From Mobula hypostoma (taxonomy: Eukaryota), in contig NC_086109.1 of NCBI RefSeq assembly GCF_963921235.1, positions 1,240,001 through 1,302,000 on the forward strand: a stretch of 62,000 nt of DNA, given 5' to 3'. The notes below the pieces were generated by a model. It worked only from the letters and a program-made list of their open reading frames with translations. It was not told the DNA's origin and ran no database searches. The position numbers and the translations under genes are program-made. Shown piece by piece: positions 36,310-48,419 of this stretch; the stretch's first letter is position 1; each line of letters opens with the position of its first letter.

Positions 36310-37643
36310 GATTCATCATGAAGACGCTGGAGAGACTTGTTCTGGAGCTGCTCCGGCCTATGGTTAGGCCACACTTAGATCCCCTCCAGTTCGCCTACCA
36401 GCCCCGACTAGGAGTTGAGGATGGCATCGTCTACCTGCTGAACCGTGTCTACGCCCACCTGGACAAGCCAGCGAGCACTGTGAGTGTCATGTTTTTTGAC
36501 TTCTCCAGTGCCTTCAGCACCATCCGCCCTGCTCTGCTGGGGGAGAAGCTGACAGCGATGCAGGTGGATGCTTTCCTGGTGTCATGGATTCTTGATTACC
36601 TGACTGGCAGACCACAGTACGTGTGTTTGCAACACTGTGTGTCCGACAGAGTGATCAGCAGCACTGGGGCTCCACAGGGGACTGTCTTGTCTCCCTTTCT
36701 CTTTACCATTTACACCTCGGACTTCAACTACAGCACAGAGTCTTGCTATCTTCAGAAGTTTTCTGATGACTCTGCCACAGTTGGATGCATCAGCAAGGGA
36801 GATGAGGTTGAGTACAGGGCTACGGTAGGAAACTTTGTCACATGGTGTGAGTAGAATTATCTGCAGCTTAATGTGAAAAAGACTAAGGAGCTGGTGGTGG
36901 ACCTGAGGAGAGCTAAGGCACCGGTGACCCCTGTTTCCATCCAGGGGGTCAGTATGGACATGGTGGAGGATTACAGATACTTGGGGATACGAATTGGCAA
37001 TAAACTGGACTGGTCAAAGAATACTGAGGCTGTCTACAAGAAGGGTCAGAACCGTCTCTATTTCCTGAGGAGACTGAGGTCCTTTAACATCTGTCTGACA
37101 ATGCTGAGGATGTTTTATGAGTCTGTAGTGGCCAGTGCTATCATGTTTGCTGTTGTGTGCTGGGGCAGCAGGCTGAGGGTAGCAGACACCAGCTGAATCA
37201 ACAAACTCATTCGTAAGGCCAGTGATGTTGTGGGGATGGAACTGGACTCTCTGACTGTGGTGTCTGAAAAGAGGATGCTGTCCAAGTTGCATGCCATCTT
37301 GGACAATGTCTCCCATCCACTACATAATGTACTGGTTGGGCACAGGAGTACATTCAGCCAGAGACTCATTCCACCGAGGTGCAACACAGAGCATCATAGG
37401 AAGTCATTCCTGCCTGTGGCCATCAAACTTTACAACTCCTCCCTTGGAGGGTCAGACACCCTGAGCCAATAGGCTGGTCCTGGACTTATTTCCTGGCATA
37501 ATTTACATATTACTATTTAATTATTTATGGTTTTATATTGCTATATTCTTGGTTGGTGGAACTGTAACGAAAGCCAATTTCCCTTGGGATCAATAAAATA
37601 TGACTATGACTATGACTATGACTATGACTATGACTATGACTAT
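36310..37643 (+). mobile_element. Rex1/Babar LINE, 5'-truncated
   Basis: MKTLERLV, DPLQFAY, FDFSSAF, GAPQGTVLSP, KFSDDS; caataaa + (TATGAC)n tail. Confidence 0.95.
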
Positions 37644-37682
37644 CCACCGGTCACTGAGCTGATCTGCTGACTGTCTCCTCAG

Positions 37683-38012
37683 CTGGGTCTGGGCATTCCC
37701 CTACCACTGTGAACGGAGCTCGGGGACATTTGGTCTCCTTTCATCTCGGGATCCCATTTGGACCGGACACTGGTCTGCTTGTGTGGAGATAGATATTGCC
37801 CAGCAGTGAGATAGTGACATACTCGAAGGGGGAAGTTACCTACTTCAGTACTGAGGAGTTCAAGCGACGGATCTCGAGAACTTCAGTCTGGAAATCTGTG
37901 ATCTAGTTATGGACCCCACACATCCCAGAGGACTCTGGTTATGATACTGCGATTTTCAAAGCAACAGGTTCAGCAATTGAAAATACAAAAATAGTGCAAC
38001 TGGGGGTGTACA
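37683..38012 (+). pseudogene. CD2/SLAM-family Ig V-set domain exon, pseudogenised
   Basis: Acceptor ctgtctcctcag, donor ACA|gtgagt, 330 nt phase 1-1; TVNGARGHLVSF..LVWR*..EIVTY..EEFKRRI / ENFSLEICDL (shifted frame) / PEDSG...TKIVQLGVY; no B/F-strand Cys; TAG at 37790-37792. Confidence 0.8.
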
Positions 38013-38336
38013 GTGAGTGAGGCACCATGGAGGGGCCGGGGTTTCACCGGTTCCTGAAATACCCCCAATTAATGGCCAAGGACAGACAGAGGTCCCTGTT
38101 TGCTGAACACCACTGACTGCCTGTGTCCAGAGCTGGTCTCCTGGTCTCAGTCTGGTGTGACGTGGCAGCACCAGGCTTGGGTACACACTGACTAAATAGC
38201 CAGAATGTAACAGTGGGACAGACATAAACAGGAGGCAAGGAGAGAAGGTGCTGGGAGAAACAAGGTGTGTGGGGTGTGGGGAGAGGACAGGGTGGTGTGT
38301 GTGGTGTGGGGAGAGGTTGTTTGAAGAGGAGAGGAT

Positions 38337-38491
38337 GGGTGTGGGGACATATAATATGGGTTGGAAGTAATTCTGCACATCAGCCACACTGCCTCCACAG
38401 AGAAGCGATTCAACCCATATTATATGTCCCCACACCCCCACCCCCACCCTCTCTGTGGAGTTGGTGAGGCTGATGTGCAGAATTACTTCCA
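38337..38491. repeat. Interleaved inverted repeats A-B-A'-B'
   Basis: 38337-38363 is the perfect reverse complement of 38411-38437; 38362-38385 of 38468-38491; 38393-38403 of 38450-38460. Confidence 0.9.
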
Positions 38492-39019
38492 TGTGGGAAA
38501 GGGCACGTGGAGGAAATGTAACAGACAGAAATGAGGGTCCCATCAGCTGTGGTGGAGGGGAACCATGAATAAGGGAAAGGAAGATATCTCGAGCACTGGG
38601 GAGTGGTTATCTGGGAGGTGAATGGAGATGGAGGGACTGACTGAATAGAATGGGCCAGATTCAGAGCCGGTCTGGACTGGGTCTCGCTCAGGTGTAGAAA
38701 GTACAGGCGAACACTCACAGGGGTGACAAAAGACATGGAACTGGAGAGAACTTACGGGATACAAGGCCGTAAACAGGACACGGCGAAGAGTTGTAGAGGA
38801 GCACAGGCAGTGGTTGGGAAAGAGGGGAAAGCACATGTGGGAACTTCCTGCAGCAGAAACTGTCTGACCTGAAGGGTGAGGAAAGGATTTATTGTTGTCA
38901 TAGTGAAAAGTTTCTCTTGCACACTGTTCACACAGATCAAATCATTACTCAGTGGACTGGGGTAGAATAAGGCAAAACAATTACAGAATGCAGAATAAAG
39001 TATAAAATCTACCCAGAGA

Positions 39020-39237
39020 GTGCAGGGCAGGTAACGAATTGATAAAGTACAGGGCAGGGCAGCGATGAAGTACAGGGCAGATAAACGATGAAGATCAGGG
39101 TGGGCAAACAATGAAGATCAGGTTGGGTAAACAATGAAGTTCAGGGTGGGTAAATGATGAAGTTCATGGTGGGTAAACAATGAAGATCAGGGTGGGTAAA
39201 CGATGAAGATCAGGGTGGGTAAACGAAGATCAGGGTG
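39020..39237. repeat. Tandem repeat, ~23 bp unit
   Basis: cagggtgggtaaacaatgaagat, ~9 diverged copies. Confidence 0.85.
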
Positions 39238-40574
39238 TGTATTTTCAGAAGGCCTTTGACAAGGTGCCGCACATGAGGGCTGAGGATAGCTTAAGGCGGG
39301 AGAGGGGTCTGACAGAGAAGGAGGTTAGTTTGAGAGGAGAGGATTGATAAGAGAGCAGGCGATGATGGGGTAGAGGGTAGAGGGGCAGAGGGCAGCAGGG
39401 TGAGAGGTGGAGGCAGGAGCTGAATAGAAAAGGTCCTGTGTGGGGGTTAGCAACGGTTGAATCGCTGGGCAGTTGGATAGAATAAAGAGGGTATGAGGTC
39501 TCTGGGTGTGCAAGGGGGATAGATGGTGAGGAGGGTAGTGAGAGGAGTGTGTGAGAGGAGAGGTGCTGTGGCGGTAGGAGAGTCTATGAAGAGGAAAGGA
39601 ATGATAAGGGGAGAGGTGGTGTGGAGGGTAAGAGGTCCATGGAGAAGATTGTGTGGATGGTAGGAGAGCCTATGAAGAGGGAAGAGATGACGAGGGGAGA
39701 GGAGGCGAGGAGGGTAGGAGGGTCTATGAGGGAAGAATGTTCAGGGACTATGTCGGTGCAGGGTCTATGAAGAGGGAAGATTGTGTGAGTGTGAGGGGAG
39801 AGATCTAAGGACAGTAGGAGGGTTTATGAGGAATGAAGAGCGTGTGAGGGGGAGGGGTGATCAGGAGGGTGGAAGAGTCAATGGGGATGGAAGTGGGAGC
39901 GAGGTGGAGGGGAGGAAAAAGAGTAGGGGAGGGAATGACAAAGGGAGAAACAATTTGGTGGGTAGCTGAGGGGCAAGGGGAAAGTCTCAGGATAGGGGCA
40001 GAGAAGTTGAGTGTGGGGTGAGGGCGAATGAGGGATGCAGAGGTGGAGACTGAGGCTTGTGTAGGTGTCCCAGAGTGGGATGAGTGTGGGGAGATTAGAG
40101 GAGGCACTGGTGCGGAATGATTGATCGAGTTTGGGAATGGTGAGTGTTGGTGAAAGATAGAATTTTAAGGAGGTGGGGGAATGAATGGTGGAAGCTTGGG
40201 TGGGGTGTGTTGAGCGAGAACAGCAGGCCTGAGGAGGCGGAAGAGAAGAGGTGTGATGGGGCAGGAGGATGTGGAAGCACCTGGGGAGGGCATGGGTTAC
40301 GTAGAAAAGGGGAGAAGGGGAATAAGCATTCTGTGGGGAAGAAAGTTTGAACAGAAGTCGGGAGGATGTGAAAGGAGGGAGATGGAGCCCGAAGGGACAA
40401 TATTAAGGGGAGTGGGGGTCCAGCAAGTGTGGGTGTTGAGTGGGCCAGGGGGCTATGGAATTTGAGAGAGATAGCCTGGTGGGTGCGATGGATCCTGGAC
40501 AAAGGAAGGAACGGGATGTTGGAGAGAGGAGAGAGAGTCTGTCGAGAGTGAAGAAGGAATGGTGAGATTGACAG

Positions 40575-40660
40575 CCCTGATGGCAACAGAACCCACATAT
40601 GGAAACCTAGAGCTGAGCCGGAACAGGGCATACAGCCCAAAACACAAACAGAAAAAGAAG
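40575..40660 (+). other. Candidate cytoplasmic-tail exon with tyrosine motif
   Basis: gacag|CC CTG ATG GCA ACA GAA CCC ACA TAT GGA AAC CTA ... AAG AAG|gtggta = LMATEPTYGNLELSRNRAYSPKHKQKKK; weak acceptor. Confidence 0.3.
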
Positions 40661-40699
40661 GTGGTAATGCCAGAGTCCCCACCCACTGTATCCCCAAAC

Positions 40700-40870
40700 A
40701 CACTGTAACTGAGGTACACTGACCCCCACACACCCGGTCACCGGGGTACACTGTCTCTCACACACCCAGTCACCGGGGTACACTGACCCCCACACACCCA
40801 GTCACTGGGGTACACTGTCCCCCACACCCAGTCATGGGGTACACTGTCCCTTCACACACTCAGTTACTGG
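40700..40870. repeat. Tandem repeat, ~32-34 bp unit
   Basis: cacacacccagtcacyggggtacactgwcccc, ~5 copies. Confidence 0.85.
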
Positions 40871-40919
40871 CACAGAATGCCTAGATTAACCAAGATTAAC
40901 GCATAGATTAACCAAGAGG

Positions 40920-43150
40920 CCTGTAGTCTATTATGGGGAATGAAGAAGTTCCACCATTACCCCTATGGACAAAAGTTTACACTAGTGACAGACCAGCAGC
41001 ACCTTGCGTCCATTTTCAATCCCTGGAAGGGATTCCAGTGGTGACTGCTACCCAATTACAATGTTGGGCACGGTTCCTCGGAGCCCACTCTTACTACATA
41101 GAAACATAGCAATGCTGATGGCTTGTCTCATTTTCCACTGTTGGCAACTGAAGAATACAAGTCTTCATACTGTGATTCACACGGCATTGGTGGACCAGTT
41201 GCTAGTAACAAATTCGGAGATACAAAAAGAAACAAGGTTTGTCAGGCAGGATTTTCCTTTAAGGAAACCATGCTGAGTTCTGCCTATCTTGTCATATGCC
41301 TCCAGGTACTCCGTAACCTCATCCTTGACAATCGACTCCAACAACTTCCCAACCACCGATGAGAGGCTAACAGGTCTATAATTTCCTTTTTGCTTCCTTT
41401 CCCCCTTCTTAAATAGCGGAGTGACATTTGCAATCTTCCAGTCCTCCGGAACCATGCCAGAATCTATCGACTTTTGAAAGATCATCGCTAATGCCTCCGC
41501 AATCTCCACAGCTACTTCCTTCAGAACACGCGGGTGCATTCCATCTGGTCCAGGAGATTTATCTACCTTTAGACTATTCAGCTTCCTGAGTACTTTCTCT
41601 GTCGTAATTGTGACTGCGCGCACTTCTCTTCCCTGCCACCCTTGAGTGTCCGGTCTACTGCTGATGTTTTTCTCAGTGAAGACTGATGCAAAATACTTGT
41701 TCAGTTTCTCTGCCATCTCCTTATCTGCCATTACAATTTCTCCAGCCTCTATTGGTTCTATATCTACTCTCACCTGTCTTTTACTCTTTATATACTTGAA
41801 AAAACTTTTAGTATCCTCTTTGATATTATTTGCTAGCTTCCTTTCATAGTTAATATTTTCCCTCTTAATGACCTTCTTAGTTTCCTTTTGTAAGCTTTTA
41901 AAAACTTCTCAATCCTCTGTCTTCCCACTTATTTTTGCTTCCTTGTATGCCCTCTCCTTTGCTTTAACTTTGGCTTTGACTTCTCTTGTCAACCACAGTT
42001 GCATCCTTTTTCCATTCGAAAATTTCTTCTTTTTTGGAATATACCTGTCTTGCACCTTCCTCACTTCTCGCATGAACTCCAGCCACTGCTGCTCTGCCGT
42101 CTTTCCCACCAGTGTCTCTTTCCAGTCAACTTTGGCCAGTTCCTCTCTCATGCCACTATAATCTGCTTTACTCCACTGAAATACCGACACATCAGATTTC
42201 AGCTTCTCTTTTTCAAATTTCACAGTGAACTCAATCATGTTATGATCACTGCCTCCTAAGGGTTCCTTCACCTCAATCTCTCTAATCACCTCCGGTTCAT
42301 TACACAATACCCAATCCAGTACAGCCGATCCCCTAGTGGGCTCAACAACAAGCTGTTCTAAAAAGCCATCTCGCAGACATTCTACAAATTCTCTCTCGAG
42401 ATCCGAATGTTCATGAAGAAAACTCTATCAGACATTTCAGGTCAGCTCCTCGCCATCCAGCAACAAATGGTTTAGCTGAAAGGCTTATTCAAGAAGTCCA
42501 ATAAATGATGGACAAGGAGGACATTTCTCTACAGCACAAAGTGGACAACTTCCTTTTTTGTGTATCGGAACTCCGTTCATGCAATGACAAATCAAACACC
42601 TGCAATGCTGTTTCTGAGCAGGAATCTAAGATCTCGCGTAGACCTGCTGAAACCAGATCTATGGAAGGAAGTGCAGAATAAACAGTTCAACCAGTTGCCA
42701 AGTGACTCAGCAAGGAGCTTTGCGGTTGGATGGGTGATTACTGAGAAAACAAGTGGACACTCAGTAGGATAGCTACAAGAACTGGACCACAGTGGATGTT
42801 GGAGATGAGATATGGAGATGTCATATAAACTAGATACTGGATTTTCAGCCAGAGAACACACCTGAGTCCACTCATCCAACAAGGTGGACACTTTAGAGCC
42901 ATCAGACTTATCTCTCAGTGATGATGATGTCACTGAAAGCAACATGACACCGATAACAGAGAACGCTGTTTTTGACAGGACACCTGCCAGACCTGATGCC
43001 ACTGCACAGTCCAGCACCACCCAAAAGACTGAATCTTTAGAACTGTGAAGTTAGATATGGACTGCTATTGTGAAAGCGTGTTTATTTGAGTATGGGTTTA
43101 TGAAAGGGAAATCGAATGTCTTGTACATATAGAGTTTGATATTACATTAA
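40920..43150 (+). mobile_element. Decayed Gypsy RNaseH/integrase relic, same family as 15440-19980
   Basis: KKFHHYPYGQKFTLVTD.., SAPRHPATNGLAE, TPAMLFLSRNLRSRVDLLKP. Confidence 0.8.
41233..42398 (-). mobile_element. CR1 internal fragment, well preserved
   Basis: EPLGGSDHN, KSPGPDGMHPRVLKE, NYRPVSL, QHGFLKGKSCLTNL. Confidence 0.93.
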
Positions 43151-43529
43151 TCTAAAGGGAGAGGAAGTGTGAATTATGGATCTATTCATTCTAGAGCAAT
43201 GAATCCCCTTGGCACCACGTATGATATGTATTTGCAAAGACACAGCAGTAATAGGGGGACCTATGTCACCACTGGGAACTTTCCAATCTCAGAGAAGCTG
43301 ATTTATTATATCCTATTAGCTAGTTTATTCTGTATCTAAGGAAATCTCCTCATCTTGTCTGTTGGCTTTTCAGAGGCGCCACCTTGGCTTCGTTTCTATC
43401 TTTTGTCTTTGTATGTTAATTTACCTTCTAGCATCATTCCTCAGCTGTTTATTCAGTTTACTTAGTATTTGTATGTTCTTAGAATTAACTGAAATCTTGG
43501 AATTAAGACTACTTGTCATTTCTGACTCT

Positions 43530-43900
43530 TAGAACATAGAACATTACAGGCCCTTCAGCCCACAATGTTGTGCCAACCATGTAACCCACTCTAGAAACCG
43601 CCTAGAATTTCCTTACTGCATAGCCCTCTATTTTTCTAAGTGCCATGTACTTATTTAAGAGTCTCTTAAAAGACACTATTGTATCCGCCTCCACCACCTT
43701 TGCTGGCAGTGCATTCCACGTACTCACCACTCTCTGCGTGGAAAAACTTGTCTTTGCCATCCCCTCTGTACCTACGTCCAAGCACCTTAAAACAATGCCC
43801 CCCTCATGTTAACCATTTCAGCCCTGGGAAAAAGCCTCTGACTATCCACATGATCAATGCTCTCATCCTTCATCTCTCCAAGGAGAAAAGGCAAGTTCAC
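43530..43900 (-). mobile_element. CR1 3' end
   Basis: tagaacatagaac tail; FFHAESGEYVECT-type CR1 C-terminal sequence on minus strand. Confidence 0.8.
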
Positions 43901-44189
43901 TCAACAGTTCATACCTCTATGTCTTCCACCCAGGCTTGCGATGATGATGATGGTCATCATCACCCATTATCCTTCAAGATAGATCGATGCCAACCACCAT
44001 GAAGTATTTTCCCATTAGTTAGTAACACTGAGGAATTAATACAATTCAAAACTCCATGGCGTGGGTTTGCAAGGGCTCCACTGCATCTTCCTCTGCTGGC
44101 AGGTGGCTCCTTGTTGTATTTCCAGTTCAGTCTGCACAGGCTGGACGACTTGCACATCTTACTCACTGCTCATACTCTCCAACATGATG

Positions 44190-46585
44190 GAGTTATAGAG
44201 CACTACAGTACAGAAACAGGCCCTTTGACCCTTCTAGTAGATGCCAGCCTGTTCTCTGTCCAGTCCCATCTATCTGCACCAGGACCTCTCCAACCTTTTG
44301 TGTCCATGCACCTATCAAAATTTCTCCTGAATGTGACAATTACTCTTGCATCTAACATTTCTACTGGTAGATGGTTCCACTCTCGCTCCACCCTCCGAGT
44401 GGAGAAGCGCCTCCTCCGTATCCCCTTAAACATTTTATCTTTCACCTCAAACCTGACCTCTAGTTTTAGTTTCACCCATCCTCTGGGGAAATAGCTTGAA
44501 TGCATTCACTCTATCTCTGTTCCTCATAATTGTGTATATGTCTATGATACCTCCCCTCATTCCCTTGCACTCCAGTGGATCAAATTCTAACCTATTCAAA
44601 CTGAAGCTATAACTCAGCTCCTCTGGTCCCAGCAACATCCTTGTAACTTGTCTTTGTACTCTCTTATTTATTGGTATCCTTCTTGAAGGTAGGTAATCTT
44701 ATACAACCTCAACTAACACCCCAACTGCTGTACTCAGAATACATTGATTTATGAAGGCCAATGTGCTGAAAGCTCTACTTACAAACCTATCTGCCTGTGA
44801 CGCCACTCTTAAGGAATTATGGATCTGTATTCCTTGATCCCTCTGTTCTACCACCTTCCTCAGTGCCCCACCATTCACCGTGTAAGTCTCCCTGGTTTGT
44901 CCTGTCAGAGTGTAACACCTTACACTTGTCTGCATTGTCATTTTCAGTCCATTTGCCTGATGACTTTGCAAGCTTTGGTAGCAATCTTTGCGGTCCACTG
45001 TGCCTCTTGTTGGTGTCATCTATAAATTTGCTGATCCAGTTAACTACATTATCATCCAGATCATTGACACGTATGACAAACAACAAAGGACCCAGCACTC
45101 CACTAGTCACCAGCCTCCATCAGAGAGGCATCCATCTACCACAACTCTCTGGCTTCTCCTGCGAAGCTAAAGCCAAATCAAATTTACTACCTCATCCTGA
45201 ATGCCAAGCGACTGAACCTTCTTGAGCAGCCTCCCACACAGGACTTTGTCAAGGGTCTTGCTAAAGTCCATGTAGACAATACCTACCATCTTTCGTTCAT
45301 CAATCATCTTAAAACTCTATTAGATTGATTGACTGCTTCGACACACCCTACCATGCACAAAGCCACATTGATTACCCCTATTCAGTTTCTGCCTTTCTAT
45401 ACACTTTAAGATCCTGTTCTGTAGAATCCCAAACAATAATTAATCCAAAACTCACTTCTGGCTCACCAGCCTGTAATTATCCTAACTTATTCCTAGAGCC
45501 GTTCTTGAACAATGGGACATTAGCTATCCTCTCGTCTATGGCCCAGACCCATTGCTAAAGATGTTTTAAACCTCTGCTAAGGTCCTGCAATTTCAGCACT
45601 TCCTCTGACATGGTCCAAGAGACACCTGGTTAAGCCCTGAGAATTTATCCACCTTACTTCTCCCCAAGCCTGCCAGAGCCTCCTCTTTGGTAATCCGGAT
45701 ATGGTCCAAGACTTCACGACTCTTTTGCTTCAGTTCTATCAGCTCTGCGTCTGTCTCCTCAGTAAATGCAGTTGAAAAAAAAACATATAAGATTGCCATG
45801 CTCTCTTTTGGCTCTATGCATAGATGTAATCCCTTGATATCTTTTTGCTCTTAATTTGGCTTTAGATGGGTGGATAGGGTGGAGACGAGTGGTGGAGTGG
45901 ATCCACATCTCTCCCAAAGGAGATGTAAGATTCCTTCCCTCTGCTAGTCTGCATGTCAATCTTGGGCAAGATGTAGCACGTGCTTAGACTCCGATCAGGG
46001 TCAGGTGAAGCGACGGGAGAAGGTGGTGGATGGTCGTATGAGCAACTGGTGCATATCACAAGTCCTGGTTATACGGCCACTTACTCCAGGCAGACAGTCG
46101 CTGAAGAGTACTGATAATGGCTGGGACCATCAGTCTTGTAAAGACACTGCCAGGAAGAAGGCAATGGCAAACCACTTTGGTAGAAAAATTTCCCAAGAAC
46201 AATCATGGTCAAACAGCCATGATCACGGGTCCCACGTGATGTGACACAGCACATCATGATGAAGTTGATGGTAGCCACAGAAACCCTTAGGATTCTCATT
46301 CAACTTGTCTGCAACAACAGCCTCATGTCCAGATTTACCCCTCCTGAAGATTCTCGTAAGTTTTCTCCCTTAAGAGCTCAGATCAAATAGACTCTTATTC
46401 TAAAGTGCCTCATTTGATTATAAATGCCTTAACCTGATAGGCATCTACTTCTTTTTCTTTACCAGATCCTCAATATCCACCAACCACCAAGGTTTCCTAA
46501 ACCTGGTAGCCCTGCCATTATTCCAACAGGAACATTTAGATTCTGTACTCTCAATATTTCACTTTTGATGGCCTCCCACCTACAA
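44190..46585 (-). mobile_element. Decayed CR1 3' half
   Basis: SGVLGPLLFVIRVNDLDD, ISKFIDDT, FSTRRVEREWNHLP. Confidence 0.85.
45861..46270 (+). mobile_element. Non-autonomous RTE-related retroposon (copy 2)
   Basis: Homologous to 20310-20710. Confidence 0.75.
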
Positions 46586-47780
46586 AGTTGTCAGTACCTC
46601 CAGTTGAACTCTGTCTTTCTGTGTGTTTCCCCCTAGCTGTCAGTCTGTGGTTTTGTATTGCTATGTGCTCCTGTCCCTGCTCCTGCTCTACTCCGGCCCC
46701 TGTATTACTGAGTACTCCGTCTCTCACCTGTTTCTCATTATTACCTGTCTTGATGGAACGTGTCTCATTGTGCTCCACCTATCATCTGCCTCTCTGTTTA
46801 TTGCTCAGTGTATTTCAGTCTTGTGTTTTCACCTGTTTATGGCCAGATTGTACCAGTGAAGTTTCCTGAGGCTTTCCAGAATTGGTATCTGGACTCTGTC
46901 TGTCTGAATATCGCCTCTGCCTGTTTCTTGATTCTGATTTTTGGATTTCTGTGGATGTTTTGATCTCTGTCTGAACTTTGATGTGACTTTGTTTGCACCT
47001 TGGGATTTGTTACTCAATTAATATCATTGAGTCTGCAATTGGATCCCTGCTCCAGTGTCCTGACAGTACAATCTGGCCAGAATGGATCCAACAGACCCTG
47101 ATCGTCTGACAGCTGCCTGGAACAACAGGTAGTGATGCTGGGGAGACACCAGAACCAGCTGGACTCCGTGTTCAGGGCAGTGGAGTCACTTTCTGCCAAT
47201 CTTGTGGCCCAGACTCAGTCACTCCAGCTGTCCCAGAGCACCCATCAACATTCTGCGACTGCATCTTCTGCCCTGCCCTCTATGTCCTCACATGCTCCTC
47301 CTGTCCAAGAGCCCCATCTGCCGCCTCCAGAAAATTATTCAGGTGGGTGTGATCCTTTTTCCGGCCTCCTTGATACCACTCACTGTCATATCTCCTCCTC
47401 CGGAGTGGGGCGTCCACTGGCGAGCAGACTTTGTCTTGGTTGATTCCGGTGCGGAGGGGTGTTTTATCGATTCCAACTTGGCTGCCCAGTGGGGACTACC
47501 CACATCTGCTCTCAAGTCACCATTAATGCCCAACACCTTGAATGGTCAAAGACTGGCTAACATCACCCCATGTGAGTCTCAGTTTATTCAGCAACCATCA
47601 TGAACAGTTAACCCTTTATGTTATTGACTCTCTTCAAGCTCCCATTGTCCTGGACCATCCCTGGTTAGTCAGACACAATCCCCACATTGACTGGCTCAGC
47701 CACAAGTTTGTAGGCTGGAGCTCATTCTGTCACTCCCGCTGCTTCCGCCATGCTCCGATTCCCTTGTCTCCAAGCCCAGA

Positions 47781-47981
47781 AGGAGAAGAAAAAGAAAGAC
47801 CTTAACTCCGAGTGGAGTCATCGGGATGCTGTCTTGATGGCGTTGTTTTGAGTAGACTTTCTTATTTTTATGAGGTCGAGTTGCTAGCTCGACGCTCAAC
47901 CCAGGAGCTGACTGGATTTGAACTCGGGAGCCTTCGCTCTGAAGTCTGGTGCTGATGCCACTATGCTACCAGCCGGCGGGC
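47781..47981 (-). mobile_element. tRNA-derived SINE
   Basis: A box tagcatagtgg, B box gagttcaaatcc on minus strand, (CTT)n-like tail; exact 11-bp TSD ccaagcccaga at 47770-47780 and 47982-47992. Confidence 0.88.
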
Positions 47982-48419
47982 CCAAGCCCAGATCCCCCCA
48001 AGGAAATCAAGACCTTAGTGCCATCCTTCCTGAATACATAAACCTCAAGGCTGTGTTCAGCAAGTCCCAGGCCACTTCCCTGCCACCTCATCGTCCATAT
48101 GATTGTGTCATTGACCTCTTGCCTGGCACATCTCCTTTAAGGGGTTGCCTGTATTCCCTGTCTGTACCTGAAACAGAAGCCATGAATAAGTACATTCAAG
48201 AGTCTCTGGCTGCAGGCATCATCCGGCCGTCTTCCTCCCCTGCTGGTGCCGGTTTGTTCTTTGTTGAAAAGAAGGACAGCTCCTTGCATCCATGCATTGA
48301 TTACCGGGGACTGAATGAAGTCACTGTTAAAGAACCGTTTCCCTCTTCCACTCATGACCTCAACATTTGAACTACTGCAAGGAGCTTCAATTTTCACCAA
48401 ACTTGCTCTCCGGAATGCC

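Noticed and set aside
38131..38250. Ig C2 exon following the V exon
   Set aside because: Plausible acceptor but no Cys/Trp framework and several stops; the candidate near 38665 fails likewise.
47900..47981. tRNA gene
   Set aside because: It is a SINE head (TSD and tail present, no full cloverleaf); the same applies to 21090-21160.
47090..48419. Domesticated PEG10/RTL-like gene
   Set aside because: Flanked by LTRs and broken by stops, frameshifts and insertions.
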